Assembly: GCA_965216325.1 (NCBI GenBank)
Contig: OZ244160.1
Coordinates: 2,720,001-2,784,000 of the forward strand
Reading direction: 5' to 3'
DNA from: Coraliomargarita sp.
Lineage (GTDB): Bacteria; Verrucomicrobiota; Verrucomicrobiia; Opitutales; Coraliomargaritaceae
DNA length: 64,000 nt
The translations under genes and the position numbers were made by a program. Of this stretch, positions 51,205 to 64,000 are shown in pieces. Every line of letters begins with the position of its first letter. The stretch's first letter is position 1. Under the pieces are notes generated by a model. The model was given only the letters and a program-made list of their open reading frames with translations, did not search any database and was not told the DNA's origin.

Positions 51205-52953
51205 ATGAGTTCGTCTATGCATATTCAAAATCGGTTTTCAGTGCGTTATGGCCAAGCCTCAGAGGCGGGTGTCAAAGAGCGTAATGAGGACTGTTTGGGA
51301 ATTACGATTCCGGAGGGTGATATGCTCGGCACGAAGGGCATCGTGGTGGTTTTGGCCGATGGGGTCTCGGCTGCGGAGGCTGGTGGCGAGGCTGCGGAGA
51401 TGTGCGTGCGCAGTTTTATTAATGACTACTATAGCACGCCAGAAACCTGGCAGGTGAAGACTGCCGGGCACCGTGTGTTGGTGGCGATTAATCGCTGGCT
51501 CTTCAGTAAGGGGCAGGCCTTTTCGGAGGCGCATAAGGGCTATGTCTGTGCGATGAGTGCGATGGTGCTCAAGTCGCGCTCGGCGCATATTTTTCACGTA
51601 GGTGATGCGCGGATTTATCGTTTGCGCGATGGGCAGTTGGAGCAGTTGACGGATGATCACCGCACCTGGGTGTCGGAAAAGACCAGCTATTTGGCGCGCG
51701 CGATGGGCTTGGGCACGAGTCTGGATGTGGACTATCGCAAGGTGCCGATTCAGCCGGGGGATCATTTGTTGCTCTGCACGGATGGGGTGCATGAGCATGT
51801 GCCGGAGAAGGAGCTGCGGCGCTTTGTGGATTTTGCCGCGGAGGATTTGGATGGCGCGTGTGCGAAGATTGTGGCGCAGGCTTTGGCTGAAGGCAGCACG
51901 GATAATGTGAGTTGTCAGCTCTTGGCGGTCGATTCGCTGGCGGACGTAAAGGCGAATCAGGTATATGAGGAGCTGGGGCGTTTGCCGTTTCCGCCGCCTT
52001 TGGAGGTCGGTATGGTCTTGGATGGCTATGCGGTGGAGCGTGTGCTGGATGAGAGTGCTCGTTCGCAGCTGTATCTGGTGAGGGACGTGGAGAGTGGTGA
52101 GCGCGCGGTGATGAAGACTCCGGCGGAGCGCTTCAGTGATGATGCGGCCTACATTGAGCGCTTTCTGATGGAGGAATGGGTCGGGCGGCGCATTTCAAAT
52201 TCACGCTTGGTGAAGGTGGTGGAGAAGCGCCGTGTGCCACAGTTTTTGTTCTATTTGATGGAGCATGTCGAGGGGCGCACCTTAGCGAAGTGGATCGAGG
52301 AGAATCCGCAGCCGGAGATGGGTGCGGTGATTCATTTGATCGAGCAGGTGATTGGTGGGGTGCGTGCTCTGCATCGCAAGGAGACGCTGCATCAGGATTT
52401 GAAGCCGGATAATATTATCCTCGATTGCAATGAGCAGGTGAAAATTATTGATTACGGTTCGGCTTATGTGGCGGGGATCAATGAGGCGGAGGTTCCCTTC
52501 GAGCGCCGGGTGGATTTGGGCACGCGTTGCTATTCGGCGCCCGAGTATGTGCTCAATCGCCGACCGACGACGCGCTCGGATTTGTTTTCGATTGGTGTGA
52601 TTGCCTATCAGTTGTTTACGGGCAGTAAGGGGCATCCCTATGGTGAGGCTTGGACGCGTGCGCAGACGGTGGGGGACTTTTCGAAGCTCAAGTATGTGTC
52701 GGCACTGCAGCACAACCCCATGGTGCCGGGCTGGATCGACGGGGCTTTGCGCAAGGCGGTCAGCGTGTCGCCTGAGGGGCGCTATCCGGTGCTGTCGGAG
52801 TTTTTGGCGGATCTGCAGGCGCCGAATCCGGAGTTTTTGAGTGTGGAAGATGGGCCGCTGATTCGTCGCAACCCGCTGCTGTTTTGGCGCGGGCTTGTGG
52901 TCGTACAGGCGGTCATCATTCTGATTTTAGCGATCCTGGTCGGCGCAGATTGA
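51205..52953 (+). CDS. Bifunctional PP2C phosphatase / Ser-Thr kinase
   Basis: NED, ADGVS, HVGDAR, TDGV, DN; kinase [18 protein letters not shown]-terminal TM. Confidence 0.92.
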   Translation: MSSSMHIQNRFSVRYGQASEAGVKERNEDCLGITIPEGDMLGTKGIVVVLADGVSAAEAGGEAAEMCVRSFINDYYSTPETWQVKTAGHRVLVAINRWLFSKGQAFSEAHKGYVCAMSAMVLKSRSAHIFHVGDARIYRLRDGQLEQLTDDHRTWVSEKTSYLARAMGLGTSLDVDYRKVPIQPGDHLLLCTDGVHEHVPEKELRRFVDFAAEDLDGACAKIVAQALAEGSTDNVSCQLLAVDSLADVKANQVYEELGRLPFPPPLEVGMVLDGYAVERVLDESARSQLYLVRDVESGERAVMKTPAERFSDDAAYIERFLMEEWVGRRISNSRLVKVVEKRRVPQFLFYLMEHVEGRTLAKWIEENPQPEMGAVIHLIEQVIGGVRALHRKETLHQDLKPDNIILDCNEQVKIIDYGSAYVAGINEAEVPFERRVDLGTRCYSAPEYVLNRRPTTRSDLFSIGVIAYQLFTGSKGHPYGEAWTRAQTVGDFSKLKYVSALQHNPMVPGWIDGALRKAVSVSPEGRYPVLSEFLADLQAPNPEFLSVEDGPLIRRNPLLFWRGLVVVQAVIILILAILVGAD

Positions 52954-53084
52954 GCTGAGGCAGTTGTGTAAGTGTTTTTGAATCAGGTGCCTTTGCGGAC
53001 TTTGTGGGACGCTGCTTGTCCATGAGCGAAATCGATGGATTCGATTAAAACACGGATTTGCATTAATTTGGACATCTGCGCGGA

Positions 53085-53101
53085 TTGGCATGACATGGGC
53101 T
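53085..53101 (+). promoter_or_regulatory. Putative sigma54 promoter (-24/-12)
   Basis: TTGGCATGACATGGGCT, GG-N10-GC, 30 bp before nirA; resembles 47746-47762. Confidence 0.6.
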
Positions 53102-53130
53102 GAAGTTATGGCCAATTGCAGGCAGATGTT

Positions 53131-54873
53131 ATGAGCACCGCTTTTTCTTCAGATCAAAAACAATACCTAGAGGGTTTCTTCGCCGGAGTGAACCAGCGCG
53201 GCGGCATGCCCTTTCTCGGGCAGAACGCGTCCGGGCAGTTTACCAATAGCCCCGCGGAAGCCGTCGAGGAGACGGTTTATGGCACGCCGATTGAGGACCT
53301 CTGCAAGGAGGAGCTGATCAAACACGAGCAGAACGGGCTGGATGTGTGGGACACGATGGTGGCCAATGCGGAGCAGGATGTATTTCCCGCCGCGGACGAT
53401 ATGTTCCGCTATAAGTTTCACGGCTTGTTTCATGTAAAGCCGGCACAGGATTCGTTTATGCTACGTTGCCGTATCGCCGGTGGTGCGTTGAAGTCGCATC
53501 AGCTCGTCGGTTTGGCTGAGATCGCAGACGATTGGGGGGGCGGCTACGCCGATCTGACCACTCGAAATAATTTTCAGGTCCGTGAGATTCTGCCGCGTAA
53601 CACCGTGAGTGTGTTGACGAAGTTGGTCGATCTTGGGCTGACTGCGCGTGGTTCGGGTGCCGACAATCTGCGCAATATTACCGCGAGCCCAACAAGTGGC
53701 TTCGACCCGCAGGAAGTTTTGGATGTGATGCCGTATGCCAAGGCGATGCACCACTACATCATGCACAATCGCGACCTCTACGGTCTGCCGCGTAAGTTTA
53801 ACATCGCCTTCGACAGCGGCGGTCGTGTCTCATCCTGTGCGGATACCAATGACATCGGTTTCTTTGCTGTGCGTGTGGGCGAAGGGCAGGGCGTTGAGCC
53901 GGGAATCTATTTCCGTGTGCAGCTCTGTGGGATTACCGGCCACAAGCAGTTTGCGTCGGATTGCGGTTTGTTGATCAAGCCGGATCAGGCGGTGGCTGTG
54001 GCTGCGGCAATGGTGCGTGTCTTTATCGAGAATGGTGACCGCACCAACCGCAAGAAGGCGCGTCTGAAGTATTTGGTCGATGACTGGGGCGTTGAAAAGT
54101 ATCTTGAAGAGACGCAGAAGAAGCTCGCGTTTGATCTGGGGCGTCTGCCGCTGGAGGCGTGCGAGCTGGCTACTGCGCCCGTGAAGCATGGCCACGTGGG
54201 GGTCTACAATGAGAAGACCGAAGGTTTGAATTACATTGGCGTGGTGATTCCGGTGGGGCGTATGCTGCCGGATCAAATGAAGGCGATCGCGAAGCTTGCG
54301 GATCGATACGGTCGCGGTGAAGTGCGCCTGACCGCTTGGCAGAATCTGTTGATCCCGGGGATCCAGGATGCCGACCTTGAGGCGGTGAAGGCGGCGATTC
54401 TCGAAATTGGGTTTAACTATAGCTCGACCACGATATCAGGTGGTTTGATTGCGTGCACGGGTAATGTTGGTTGCAAGTTCGCATCTGCCGATACCAAGGG
54501 ACATGCTCTGAAGCTTGCGAAGTATCTTGAGGAAGTCATCGAGTTGGATCAGCCGATCAACATTCACGTGACCGGATGCCATCACTCCTGTGCCCAGCAT
54601 TACATTGGTGATATTGGCCTGATCTCCTGCAAGGTGAAGATCGACGGTGAAAGCCACGAAGGCTACAGCGTGGTGCTCGGTGGCGGTTGTGATGATGCGC
54701 AGGCGATCGCCCACGAAGTCTTTCCCGGCACCGCCTTTGAGGATCTGAAGCCACTGATTCTGAATGTGCTCCGCACCTATCAGGAGAAGCGGGAAAATCA
54801 GGAAACCTTCTGGCAGTTTACCCGACGTCATACTGCGGACGAATTGAAAGCGCTCTTCGCGGTTGCTGCTTAA
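53131..54873 (+). CDS. nirA: Siroheme nitrite reductase, NirA family
   Basis: [30 protein letters not shown]. Confidence 0.92.
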   Translation: MSTAFSSDQKQYLEGFFAGVNQRGGMPFLGQNASGQFTNSPAEAVEETVYGTPIEDLCKEELIKHEQNGLDVWDTMVANAEQDVFPAADDMFRYKFHGLFHVKPAQDSFMLRCRIAGGALKSHQLVGLAEIADDWGGGYADLTTRNNFQVREILPRNTVSVLTKLVDLGLTARGSGADNLRNITASPTSGFDPQEVLDVMPYAKAMHHYIMHNRDLYGLPRKFNIAFDSGGRVSSCADTNDIGFFAVRVGEGQGVEPGIYFRVQLCGITGHKQFASDCGLLIKPDQAVAVAAAMVRVFIENGDRTNRKKARLKYLVDDWGVEKYLEETQKKLAFDLGRLPLEACELATAPVKHGHVGVYNEKTEGLNYIGVVIPVGRMLPDQMKAIAKLADRYGRGEVRLTAWQNLLIPGIQDADLEAVKAAILEIGFNYSSTTISGGLIACTGNVGCKFASADTKGHALKLAKYLEEVIELDQPINIHVTGCHHSCAQHYIGDIGLISCKVKIDGESHEGYSVVLGGGCDDAQAIAHEVFPGTAFEDLKPLILNVLRTYQEKRENQETFWQFTRRHTADELKALFAVAA

Positions 54874-54899
54874 CCAGAGACTTCAGTCGATGAACCGAT

Positions 54900-54988
54900 C
54901 TCTTAGTCATAATCCTAATCTTAATCGTAATCTCCTACGTATGCTTGGCACTGAGAGATTAAGACTAGGATAACGATTACGATTAAGA
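54900..54988. repeat. Hexamer tandem inverted repeat
   Basis: cataatcctaatcttaatcgtaatctc / gagattaagactaggataacgattacgattaag. Confidence 0.7.
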
Positions 54989-55000
54989 CTTTTTGGATAT

Positions 55001-56587
<1,587 letters not shown>

Positions 56588-56655
56588 CGATAACGAATCG
56601 TCAGTATGTGCTTATGAGAGATTTAAACTCAGACAATAGATTCACCATACACAAC

Positions 56656-56715
56656 GAAAGTGCCTTCGCACTTCCGCTACACGTAAAGGCTGTAGAGGAA
56701 CTGCGAAGCAGTTTC
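56656..56715. repeat. GTAG-type REP pair in divergent orientation
   Basis: GAAAGTGCCTTCGCACTTCCGCTACA / TGTAGAGGAACTGCGAAGCAGTTTC. Confidence 0.65.
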
Positions 56716-56760
56716 TTCTGCGGTGGGCAGAGCTAACAGTGCAATATTCAGTTTACGATC

Positions 56761-58968
56761 ATGTCTCCAATTGAATTCATCAAAGGCCAATTACGTTTAC
56801 GCGCCCGTGATGGTGTTTTGACCGAGCGTCTTGTTCAGGAACCTGCAGCCTATGGCTTAGGTCGCGTGCCTTCGTCAACCAAGCCGGATGCAACGGTGGA
56901 CAGTGTCTGCGGTTTTTGCGCGACCGGCTGCTCGTTGAAGGTGCACCTGAATGATGGGCAGGCGGTGAATCTCTCGGCCAATACCAAGTACCCGGTGAAT
57001 CTGGGCATGGCTTGCCCGAAGGGCTGGGAGGCTTTGACACCCTTGACTGCTTCGGATCGCGCGACCACGCCGATGCTCAAAGGTGCGGACGGTCAGTTAC
57101 ACCCAGTGAGCTGGGATGAAGCGATGGATGCCTTCGTTGGTAAGTTTAAGGACATCCAATCGCTGAATGGTCCCGAGTCGGTAGCGTTTATTAGCACTGG
57201 CCAGATTGTGGCTGAAGAGATGGCCTTCCTTGGTTCGCTGGCGAAATTCGGCATGGGTGTCGTGCATGGTGATGGCAATACCCGTCAATGCATGGCAACT
57301 GCGGTGGTTTCCTATAAGCAGTCCTTTGGCTACGATGCGCCACCGTATACCTATCAGGATTTTGAAGAGTCGGATGTGTTGTTCTTTGTCGGGGCTAACC
57401 CATGTATCGCACACCCGATTATGTGGCAGCGCGTGATGCGCAATCAGCGTAACCCGGAGATCATTGTGGTCGATCCGCGTAAGACGGAAACGGCGATGGC
57501 GGCGACGCGTCACTTGCCAATTAAGCCGAAATCCGACCTTGTTTTGTTCTATGGATTGGCCGCGCGCGTGGTGGAACTTGGTTTGATTGATCAGGCTTTC
57601 ATTGATGCCCACACCAACGAGTTTGAAGCCTTCAAGTTGTTTCTGCGTGACTACGATTTGGAGCGTGCTGCGGAAGAGAGCGGCATCGATCTGAAGGAGC
57701 TCGACGAGATCGCGCACCTGATCGGCTCGGGCAAGCGTGTGTCCTTCTGGTGGACGATGGGCGTCAACCAGAGTTACGAAGGCGTGCGTCTGGCGCAGTC
57801 GATGATCAACCTTGCCTTGATGACCGGTAATATCGGTAAGCCGGGCACGGGGGCGAATTCGATTACGGGGCAGTGCAATGCGATGGGCTCGCGCTTGTTT
57901 AGTAATACGACTGGTCTGCTAGGCGGACGTGATTTTACTTCGGCGGCCGATCGTCACGAAGTGGCCGAGTTGCTGGATATTCCGGTCGAGGTGATTCCAG
58001 ATCAGAACAGTCTTTCATACTATGAGATCATCGACGCGATTGATCGCGGCGAGATTAAGGGGCTCTGGATGATCGCGACCAACACCGCGCACTCCTGGAT
58101 CAATCAGAAGCGTTTCCGCAAGATTCGTGAGAAGTTGGATTTCCTCGTGGTGCAGGACATGTATCACACCACAGACTCCGCGCAAATCGCCGACCTTGTG
58201 CTACCAGCGGCAGGCTGGGGCGAGAAGGACGGTGTCTTCATTAATTCGGAGCGTCGTATTGGCCGCACGCGCAAGGTGCGCAAGGCACCGGGGGAAGCGC
58301 TTTCCGACTTCAATATCTTCCGCCTGATCGCGCACCATTGGGGCTGCGCCGATCTATTCAAGCAGTGGGATACTCCTGAGAATGTGTTCAAGTTGCTCAC
58401 TCGCGTGAGCAAGGGCATGCCATGCGATATCTCAGGTATTGAAGGCTATGACCACTTGGATCGTGAAGGAGGCATTCAATGGCCCTATCCGGATACGGTG
58501 AATGGACCTGTCGAGAAGCAGCGCCGCCTGTTTGAGGACGGTAAGTTCTTCCATGCCGATGGGCGTGCCAAGTTCCTCTTCGAAGCACCGCGCCCGATGC
58601 CGGAGCCGCCGAACGAGGACTATCCCTACATTCTTTTGACCGGCCGTGGCACTTCTTCGCAGTGGCACACACAGACCCGCACCGGCAAGTCTGATGTGTT
58701 GCGCAAACTGTATCCAGAAAACCCTTACGTAGAGATCAATCCGCAGGACGCCGAGCGCTTGGAAATTCGTCCGAACCACAAGGTGCGCGTGCGCTCCCGT
58801 CGTGGGGAAGTCGAAGTGACTGCCGTGCTACTCTCCAGTGTGCAACCGGGCCAACTGTTTATGTCGATGCACTACGATGTAACGAACCACTTAACTGCGG
58901 ACGCCTTTGATCCATATTCCAAGCAGCCTTCGTTCAAGGCCTGCGCAGTTACAATTGAGGCCGTCTAG
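56761..58968 (+). CDS. nasA: Assimilatory nitrate reductase catalytic subunit (NasA/NarB-like)
   Basis: [52 protein letters not shown]; no Tat signal. Confidence 0.9.
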   Translation: MSPIEFIKGQLRLRARDGVLTERLVQEPAAYGLGRVPSSTKPDATVDSVCGFCATGCSLKVHLNDGQAVNLSANTKYPVNLGMACPKGWEALTPLTASDRATTPMLKGADGQLHPVSWDEAMDAFVGKFKDIQSLNGPESVAFISTGQIVAEEMAFLGSLAKFGMGVVHGDGNTRQCMATAVVSYKQSFGYDAPPYTYQDFEESDVLFFVGANPCIAHPIMWQRVMRNQRNPEIIVVDPRKTETAMAATRHLPIKPKSDLVLFYGLAARVVELGLIDQAFIDAHTNEFEAFKLFLRDYDLERAAEESGIDLKELDEIAHLIGSGKRVSFWWTMGVNQSYEGVRLAQSMINLALMTGNIGKPGTGANSITGQCNAMGSRLFSNTTGLLGGRDFTSAADRHEVAELLDIPVEVIPDQNSLSYYEIIDAIDRGEIKGLWMIATNTAHSWINQKRFRKIREKLDFLVVQDMYHTTDSAQIADLVLPAAGWGEKDGVFINSERRIGRTRKVRKAPGEALSDFNIFRLIAHHWGCADLFKQWDTPENVFKLLTRVSKGMPCDISGIEGYDHLDREGGIQWPYPDTVNGPVEKQRRLFEDGKFFHADGRAKFLFEAPRPMPEPPNEDYPYILLTGRGTSSQWHTQTRTGKSDVLRKLYPENPYVEINPQDAERLEIRPNHKVRVRSRRGEVEVTAVLLSSVQPGQLFMSMHYDVTNHLTADAFDPYSKQPSFKACAVTIEAV

Positions 58969-59009
58969 GCCGCTGTTTTCGAACTCAACTTTTCAAAGAA
59001 AGGACTCAC

Positions 59010-60746
59010 ATGTCAGCACCATACATTCCAGATAACGCTCCGTTTTCGGAGGATCAACGTTCATGGCTCAATGGCTTTTTGGCCGGGCTCTATTCAAACG
59101 CACCGGGCGAGGGCGGCGCAGCTACTGCGGTCGCGGCCACTCCGGTAACTGTGTTGTTTGGCTCTCAAACCGGCACTTCCGAGGCCCTGGCGAAGAAGGC
59201 GGGCAAGCAATTGAAGGCGGCGAACTGTGATCCGAAGATCGTCGATATGGGAGACTTCTCTGTCGAGGATATGAGGGACTGTCAAAACGTGTTGATCGTC
59301 ACCAGCACCTACGGTGAGGGTGAGCCACCTGACAATGCCGCGAGCTTGCATGGTGCCTTGATGGCTGAAGGAGCGCCTAGCATGGCGGGTGTGAACTACT
59401 CTGTGCTTGGTCTGGGTGATTCGAACTATCCGGACTTCTGTCAGTGCAGTAAGGAATTTGATGCGCGCTTGGAAGCGCTTGGCGCAAGCCGTGTCGCACC
59501 GATGGTCGAGTGCGATGGTGATCCGGATGATTTGTTCCCTAGCTGGTTGGAGTCGGTTCAATCGGTTCTTGGTGAAGCTGGTGCGGCGCCTGCGGTCCTT
59601 GAAGACGATGCCGACGAAGAAGCAGGATCTGCTTTTGATAAGAAGAATCCATTTCCAGCAAAGCTGTTGAAGACTGAAAACCTCAATAAGGAGGGTTCTT
59701 CCAAGGCGACGCACCATGTGGAAATTTCGCTTGATGGCTCCGGCTTGGATTATGAGGTCGGTGATGCCCTGGGTGTGTATCCAGAAAACAAGGTTGCGTC
59801 GATTTTTGAAATCACCGGTGCGGCTGGGCTACTGCCGAGTGAAGAAGTGACCTTGCCCGATGGTAGCACGGTGAACCTGATGGAGGCGCTGCGTTTCCAC
59901 TATGACATTTGCGGTTTGCCAGAAGCATTCCTGAAGGCCTGCGCACGCCTGACCAAGAATGAAGAGTTGCAGGCAATCGTCGCGGATGAGACCCAGATCA
60001 AAGCATACAGCAATGGCCGCGGAGTTGTGGATCCGATTGTTGACTTTGAGGTGAAATTTCCGACTGCGGAGTATTTTGTCGCGAGCTTGAAGCCGCTGCA
60101 GCCACGACTTTACTCCATCTCATCCAGTCCGAAGGCACATCCGGGGGAGGTGCATTTGACGGTGGGGAAGGTGAGCTATGAGACGCATGGTCGCCAGCGT
60201 GGGGGTGTGTGCTCTACCTTCCTTGCTGAGCATACGACCGTGTCTCCGGTGAAGGTTTACTTGCACGCTAACAAGGCGTTCCGTTTGACCGAGAACAATG
60301 ATGCGCCGGCTATCATGATTGGTCCGGGCACGGGTATCGCGCCGTTCCGCGCCTTCCTCGAAGAGCGTGAAGCGCGTGGTGCGCAGGGCAAGAACTGGTT
60401 GCTGTTTGGTGACCAGCACATGGCGACGGATTTTCTTTACGAAGAACAGATCACTGCGTGGATGAAGAGCGGTTTGCTGACCCGCTTCGATACCGCGTTC
60501 TCGCGTGACCAGGCGGAGAAGATCTATGTGCAGGATCGTATTCGTGAGCATGCTGACGAGTTCTACGCATGGCTGGAAGAGGGGGGGCACATCTACATCT
60601 GTGGTGATGCCTCGCGCATGGCTAAGGATGTGGACAAGGCGATCCACAAGGCGGTCGAACTCGCCGGTGGAAAGTCCGAAGAGGATGCGAAGGCCTACGT
60701 GGAAGCGCTGAAGAAGGAAAAACGCTACCTGCGCGACGTCTACTAA
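59010..60746 (+). CDS. CysJ-like diflavin (FMN/FAD/NADPH) reductase
   Basis: GSQTGT, STYGEGEPP, RLYSISS, GPGTGIAPFR, YICGDA, RDVY. Confidence 0.92.
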   Translation: MSAPYIPDNAPFSEDQRSWLNGFLAGLYSNAPGEGGAATAVAATPVTVLFGSQTGTSEALAKKAGKQLKAANCDPKIVDMGDFSVEDMRDCQNVLIVTSTYGEGEPPDNAASLHGALMAEGAPSMAGVNYSVLGLGDSNYPDFCQCSKEFDARLEALGASRVAPMVECDGDPDDLFPSWLESVQSVLGEAGAAPAVLEDDADEEAGSAFDKKNPFPAKLLKTENLNKEGSSKATHHVEISLDGSGLDYEVGDALGVYPENKVASIFEITGAAGLLPSEEVTLPDGSTVNLMEALRFHYDICGLPEAFLKACARLTKNEELQAIVADETQIKAYSNGRGVVDPIVDFEVKFPTAEYFVASLKPLQPRLYSISSSPKAHPGEVHLTVGKVSYETHGRQRGGVCSTFLAEHTTVSPVKVYLHANKAFRLTENNDAPAIMIGPGTGIAPFRAFLEEREARGAQGKNWLLFGDQHMATDFLYEEQITAWMKSGLLTRFDTAFSRDQAEKIYVQDRIREHADEFYAWLEEGGHIYICGDASRMAKDVDKAIHKAVELAGGKSEEDAKAYVEALKKEKRYLRDVY

Positions 60747-60778
60747 GTGTAGCACAGCTGCATTTAGTGAATTGTTGT

Positions 60779-60844
60779 TGGAGAGACACCGTCCTCGGTG
60801 TCCAGTTAGGCTTAGTTCTGGACGACGGGGACGCCGTCCCTCCA
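60779..60844. repeat. GGAG-type REP doublet
   Basis: TGGAGAGACACCGTCCTCGGTGTCC / GGACGACGGGGACGCCGTCCCTCCA. Confidence 0.7.
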
Positions 60845-61017
60845 TTTTTCTGATATCGAATAACTAGAGCGAGTTGTCTCGACTGGATTCTGTGCGGACG
60901 GCTGTCTCGGCCCTTCGATAGACTTAGGGCGGCGAGCATGTCAAATGCGCGAGACAGCCCTACCTTTGACGAGAATCCTGCTTGCCTTTTGTTGCGTGGA
61001 CTGGACTGTGCGGCGCT

Positions 61018-61314
61018 ATGAAGAAAACATTTCAGTTCGCGCATCCGAAGATTAAGCCTGAGCGCATGGTGGAAGCCATCAAGGGTGAGGTGACCAAGTA
61101 TCTCAGACGGGAGCGGAAGAAGACTTTGCCGGATGGCATCGATTTCTGGGATTTTGACTGCAAGTTCGGTCCGGACGCTCAATCGGCGGTCGAGGTGCAT
61201 GTTGCCGAGTTGCCGAAGCGTATTGATGCGGCATCGGCGGAAGGCTTGGCTGAGTGCTACATCGAGATTTTGGCGAAGCCAGCCAAGCGCACAAAGAAGC
61301 CAGCGGAAGTGTAG
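61018..61314 (+). CDS. Conserved hypothetical protein (DUF6172-like)
   Basis: MKKTF..KY.RRERKK.LP.G.DFWDFDCKFG..YIEILAKP. Confidence 0.8.
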   Translation: MKKTFQFAHPKIKPERMVEAIKGEVTKYLRRERKKTLPDGIDFWDFDCKFGPDAQSAVEVHVAELPKRIDAASAEGLAECYIEILAKPAKRTKKPAEV

Positions 61315-61430
61315 AAGTGGCCTTGTCCACAGGGGCGATGCGTCGCGAGTCGAGCGAGCATTGTCAGGCGATTATTTGTAGATGACATGGGCGTTTATCA
61401 GGAGCACGGAAGTGCTATGATGATAAACTT

Positions 61431-62519
61431 ATGCAAAACCCCACATCATCTACACGGACAACTAAGAACGCACTGGGCACAGTAATCAAGCTTGGCATTG
61501 ACGTGCATGCGAGCACCTACGTGGTGGTCATGAAGATCGATAGCAGCGCCCCTTCACGCGCGAAGCGCATGAAGCCTGATATCTTCCTTCGATGGATTAA
61601 GCAGCTGAGCACTCAGTGCGAGCAGTTGCAAAGTTGCTACGAGGCCGGTCCTTTTGGTTACAGCCTGCACCGCAAGCTCAAGGCGATGGGCGTGAACAAC
61701 CACGTAATCCGCCCGATCAACTGGGACACTCATGGTAAGAAGGTAAAGACCGACGCGCGTGATGCGTTGCAAATGGTCTTGAGTCTGGACGGCTATCTGC
61801 GGGGCAATGACCGCAGCTTCAGTGTCGTGCGTGTGCCCAGCGAGCAAGAAGAGCGTCACCGCAGCCTAACCCGGCAGCGTGAAAGCTTCGTCAAAGAACG
61901 TGGCCGTGCGGCCAAGCGTGGTAAGAGTCTGGGACTGTATTACGATCAACCCTTACCCAGCGGCTGGTGGAAGCCGCGCAAATGGATGCAGCTACTCGAA
62001 CAGCTCGACGATTTTTTGATCAGCCTGCTGGAGCCACTGCGGTTAAACTGCCTGCACTTTAGCGAGCTAATCAGCAACATCGAAGAACGTATCGAAGCGC
62101 TCGAGCCGGAACGGGTGCTGCCTAAAGGCATGGGGGTGGTCCTCTATGAACAGATCGAACGTGAGGTCTGCAACTGGAAGCGATTCAACAACCGCAAGGC
62201 GGTCAGTTCCTTTACCGGACTGTGCCCAAGCGAAGACACTAGTGCAAATCGGCGTTTCCAGGGCTCGATCAACAAACACGGCAGTCCCCGCCTGCGGCAT
62301 ATGCTACAAGAGTGCGCCTGGTTATTGATCCGGTGGAATCCCGGCTACAGTGGGGTGCGTAAATGGCAGGCCAAGCTCAGCGACGAGACCACCAGTAAGG
62401 CGACCCGCAAGAAAATTGCCGTGGCCATCGCCCGGCAGTTCGCCGTGGACTGGTGGCGCATACGCACTGGCCAATGCAGTCTCGAAGACTTCGGACTGAT
62501 AAGCAGACAAAACCCATAA
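61431..62519 (+). CDS. IS110 family DEDD recombinase/transposase
   Basis: GIDVHA, YEAG, KTDARDA, FTGLCPSE; divergent paralogue of 49524-50678. Confidence 0.95.
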   Translation: MQNPTSSTRTTKNALGTVIKLGIDVHASTYVVVMKIDSSAPSRAKRMKPDIFLRWIKQLSTQCEQLQSCYEAGPFGYSLHRKLKAMGVNNHVIRPINWDTHGKKVKTDARDALQMVLSLDGYLRGNDRSFSVVRVPSEQEERHRSLTRQRESFVKERGRAAKRGKSLGLYYDQPLPSGWWKPRKWMQLLEQLDDFLISLLEPLRLNCLHFSELISNIEERIEALEPERVLPKGMGVVLYEQIEREVCNWKRFNNRKAVSSFTGLCPSEDTSANRRFQGSINKHGSPRLRHMLQECAWLLIRWNPGYSGVRKWQAKLSDETTSKATRKKIAVAIARQFAVDWWRIRTGQCSLEDFGLISRQNP

Positions 62520-62583
62520 GTCCGAACCAACGCTAAAGGCCTTCACCCTCTGATTTTAACGTTCTTTTGCAGTTTTCCTTTGT

Positions 62584-62760
62584 GCGGAGTGAGTCTGACC
62601 AAGCCCCTGTTGCCAACACAACGATTTTGTAGAATAGGCCACTTCGCCACCAAGCTTTTGAATGACCCAATGGATAGGTCATAGTGTGCTCTTCTGAGAA
62701 ACACTCAGAAACACGGATAGCAGGTTATCCCGGATCATCGAAACTCCGAGGCCATGCGCG
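62584..62760 (+). ncRNA. Putative bridge/seekRNA of IS copy 2
   Basis: Target guides AAGCCCCT/TTTGTAG, donor guides GTCAT/ATAGCAG, same layout as copy 1; boundaries approximate. Confidence 0.8.
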
Positions 62761-62857
62761 GTGGACGCTCAAAGACGATTGCAATCAAAACAAACCACTT
62801 ATCTTATGTAAAAACACTCACACGCTTCTACACTCTTGACAGAAACGAACATAGCAG

Positions 62858-62930
62858 GGGCTTCGCTTGCGGAGCCCGCTTCTGGAAGGAGGATTCTCTG
62901 TGTGACGGGCTTCGCAAGCAAAGCTCCTGC
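62858..62930. repeat. Family A REP doublet interrupted by IS copy 2
   Basis: GGGCTTCGCTTGCGGAGCCCG / CGGGCTTCGCAAGCAAAGCTCCTGC. Confidence 0.75.
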
Positions 62931-62990
62931 GTTTTCTAGTCAAATTAGGGCTCGTATCCCGTGTCCTGATTGGCGTATCCCATTGGGCAC

Positions 62991-64000
62991 ATGAAATTTT
63001 CCCAAGTCGCAATTGAATCCATCGCTTATGCGTTGCCGGACGAGGTGTGGACCTCGGCGGACGTGGAGGCGAAATTGGCGTCTGTTTACGAGCGTCTTCG
63101 TTTGCCCGAAGGTCGTCTGGAGTTGATGACCGGCATCAAGGAACGTCGCTTCTGGCCTGCGGGCACCCCAGCGTCGGTGGCATCGGCTAAGGCAGGCGAG
63201 GCAGTGCTGGCGAAATCGTCCTTCAAGCGCGAGCAGATGGACTTGTTGATTCATTCTGCGGTCTGCCGTGACCGCTTAGAGCCGGCGACGGCTTCATATG
63301 TGCACGGCTTGCTTGGCCTTTCGGGAGGCACGCAGATCTTTGATGTGTCGAATGCCTGCCTTGGTTTTTTGAATGCGATGGTGATTGCGGCGAGCATGAT
63401 CGAGAGCGGTCAAATCGAGCGCGCGCTGATTTGCTCAGGCGAGAATGGTCGTCCATTAGTGGAGAATACGCTGCAGCAATTGCAGAATCCGGAGCTGACC
63501 CGTAAGACGATCAAGCCGTATTTCGCCAATCTGACCATTGGTGGTGGTGCCGTTGCGGCGGTCTTGTGTCGCAAGGACTTGGCTCCTGTATCCAGCCCGC
63601 AACTACATGCGGCAGTGGTGGAGACGGATACCTCGCACAATGAGTTGTGCCAAGGGGACTCCGCTGGGGATGCCTTGGAGATGTTGACCGACTCGGAAGA
63701 ATTGCTGGTCGCGGGTATTGGTGTGGCCACCCGCGCATGGGCCCGCTTCACCGAAGCGACTGGTTGGACCGCTGAAACGCCGGACCGTGTGATTACACAT
63801 CAGGTTGGTAAGGCGCACACGCGTGAGTTGTTCAATGCATTGAATTTAGATCTGGAAAAAGACTACGCGACTTTCGAGACGCTGGGGAATGTGGGCTCGG
63901 TTTCCTGCCCGATTACCTTGGCACGTGCGATCGAAGATGGTGCCTATGGGCCAGGACAGAAGGCTGCCTTGCTGGGCATCGGCAGTGGTTTGAGTAGTTT
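62991..64000 (+). CDS. oleA: 3-oxoacyl-ACP synthase III, OleA-like (3'-truncated by window edge)
   Basis: Not in ORF track; reads MKFSQVAIESI..RLELMTGIKERRFW..LEPATA..FDVSNACLGF..THQVG..GNVGS..LLGIGSG. Confidence 0.8.
   Translation, partial: MKFSQVAIESIAYALPDEVWTSADVEAKLASVYERLRLPEGRLELMTGIKERRFWPAGTPASVASAKAGEAVLAKSSFKREQMDLLIHSAVCRDRLEPATASYVHGLLGLSGGTQIFDVSNACLGFLNAMVIAASMIESGQIERALICSGENGRPLVENTLQQLQNPELTRKTIKPYFANLTIGGGAVAAVLCRKDLAPVSSPQLHAAVVETDTSHNELCQGDSAGDALEMLTDSEELLVAGIGVATRAWARFTEATGWTAETPDRVITHQVGKAHTRELFNALNLDLEKDYATFETLGNVGSVSCPITLARAIEDGAYGPGQKAALLGIGSGLSS

Larger units (their letters stand above)
61382..62857 (+). mobile_element. IS110-family (IS1111-type layout) element, copy 2
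   Basis: AG|ATGACATGGG left end, CATAGCAG| right end; removal restores TTTGTAGGGGCTTCGCTTGCGGAGCCC (family A REP). Confidence 0.9.

Noticed and set aside
53090..53100. ATGACATGGGC identical to the left end of IS copy 2
   Set aside because: Lacks the AG core and any transposase remnant; better explained as part of the sigma54-like box

Overview
Window from a Verrucomicrobiota-like bacterium (inferred from gene content and repeat style). Core genes: nuoC-N, a GLIC-like pentameric channel, a protease/7TM-transglutaminase/ATP-grasp triad, metY, two pilT paralogues, argS, tRNA-Val, tRNA-Phe, tex, two histidine kinases, U32 protein plus ferredoxin, nspC and rpmH-rnpA-yidD-yidC. Accessory part (about 42.8-63 kb): a small chromosomal integron (long IntI, two cassettes plus a remnant) with a group IIC intron inside an attC site, a probably sigma54-driven nitrate assimilation cluster, and two divergent IS110/IS1111-type elements. 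The strongest signal is in those two elements. They share the same ends (AG core; circle junction CATAGCAG/ATGACAT). Each has a 3' non-coding region with the same two-loop bridge/seekRNA-like layout: donor guides are shared, while target guides differ and match each element's own REP insertion site. Empty copies of both target repeats occur elsewhere in the window. All calls were made by eye, without database searches or folding software.
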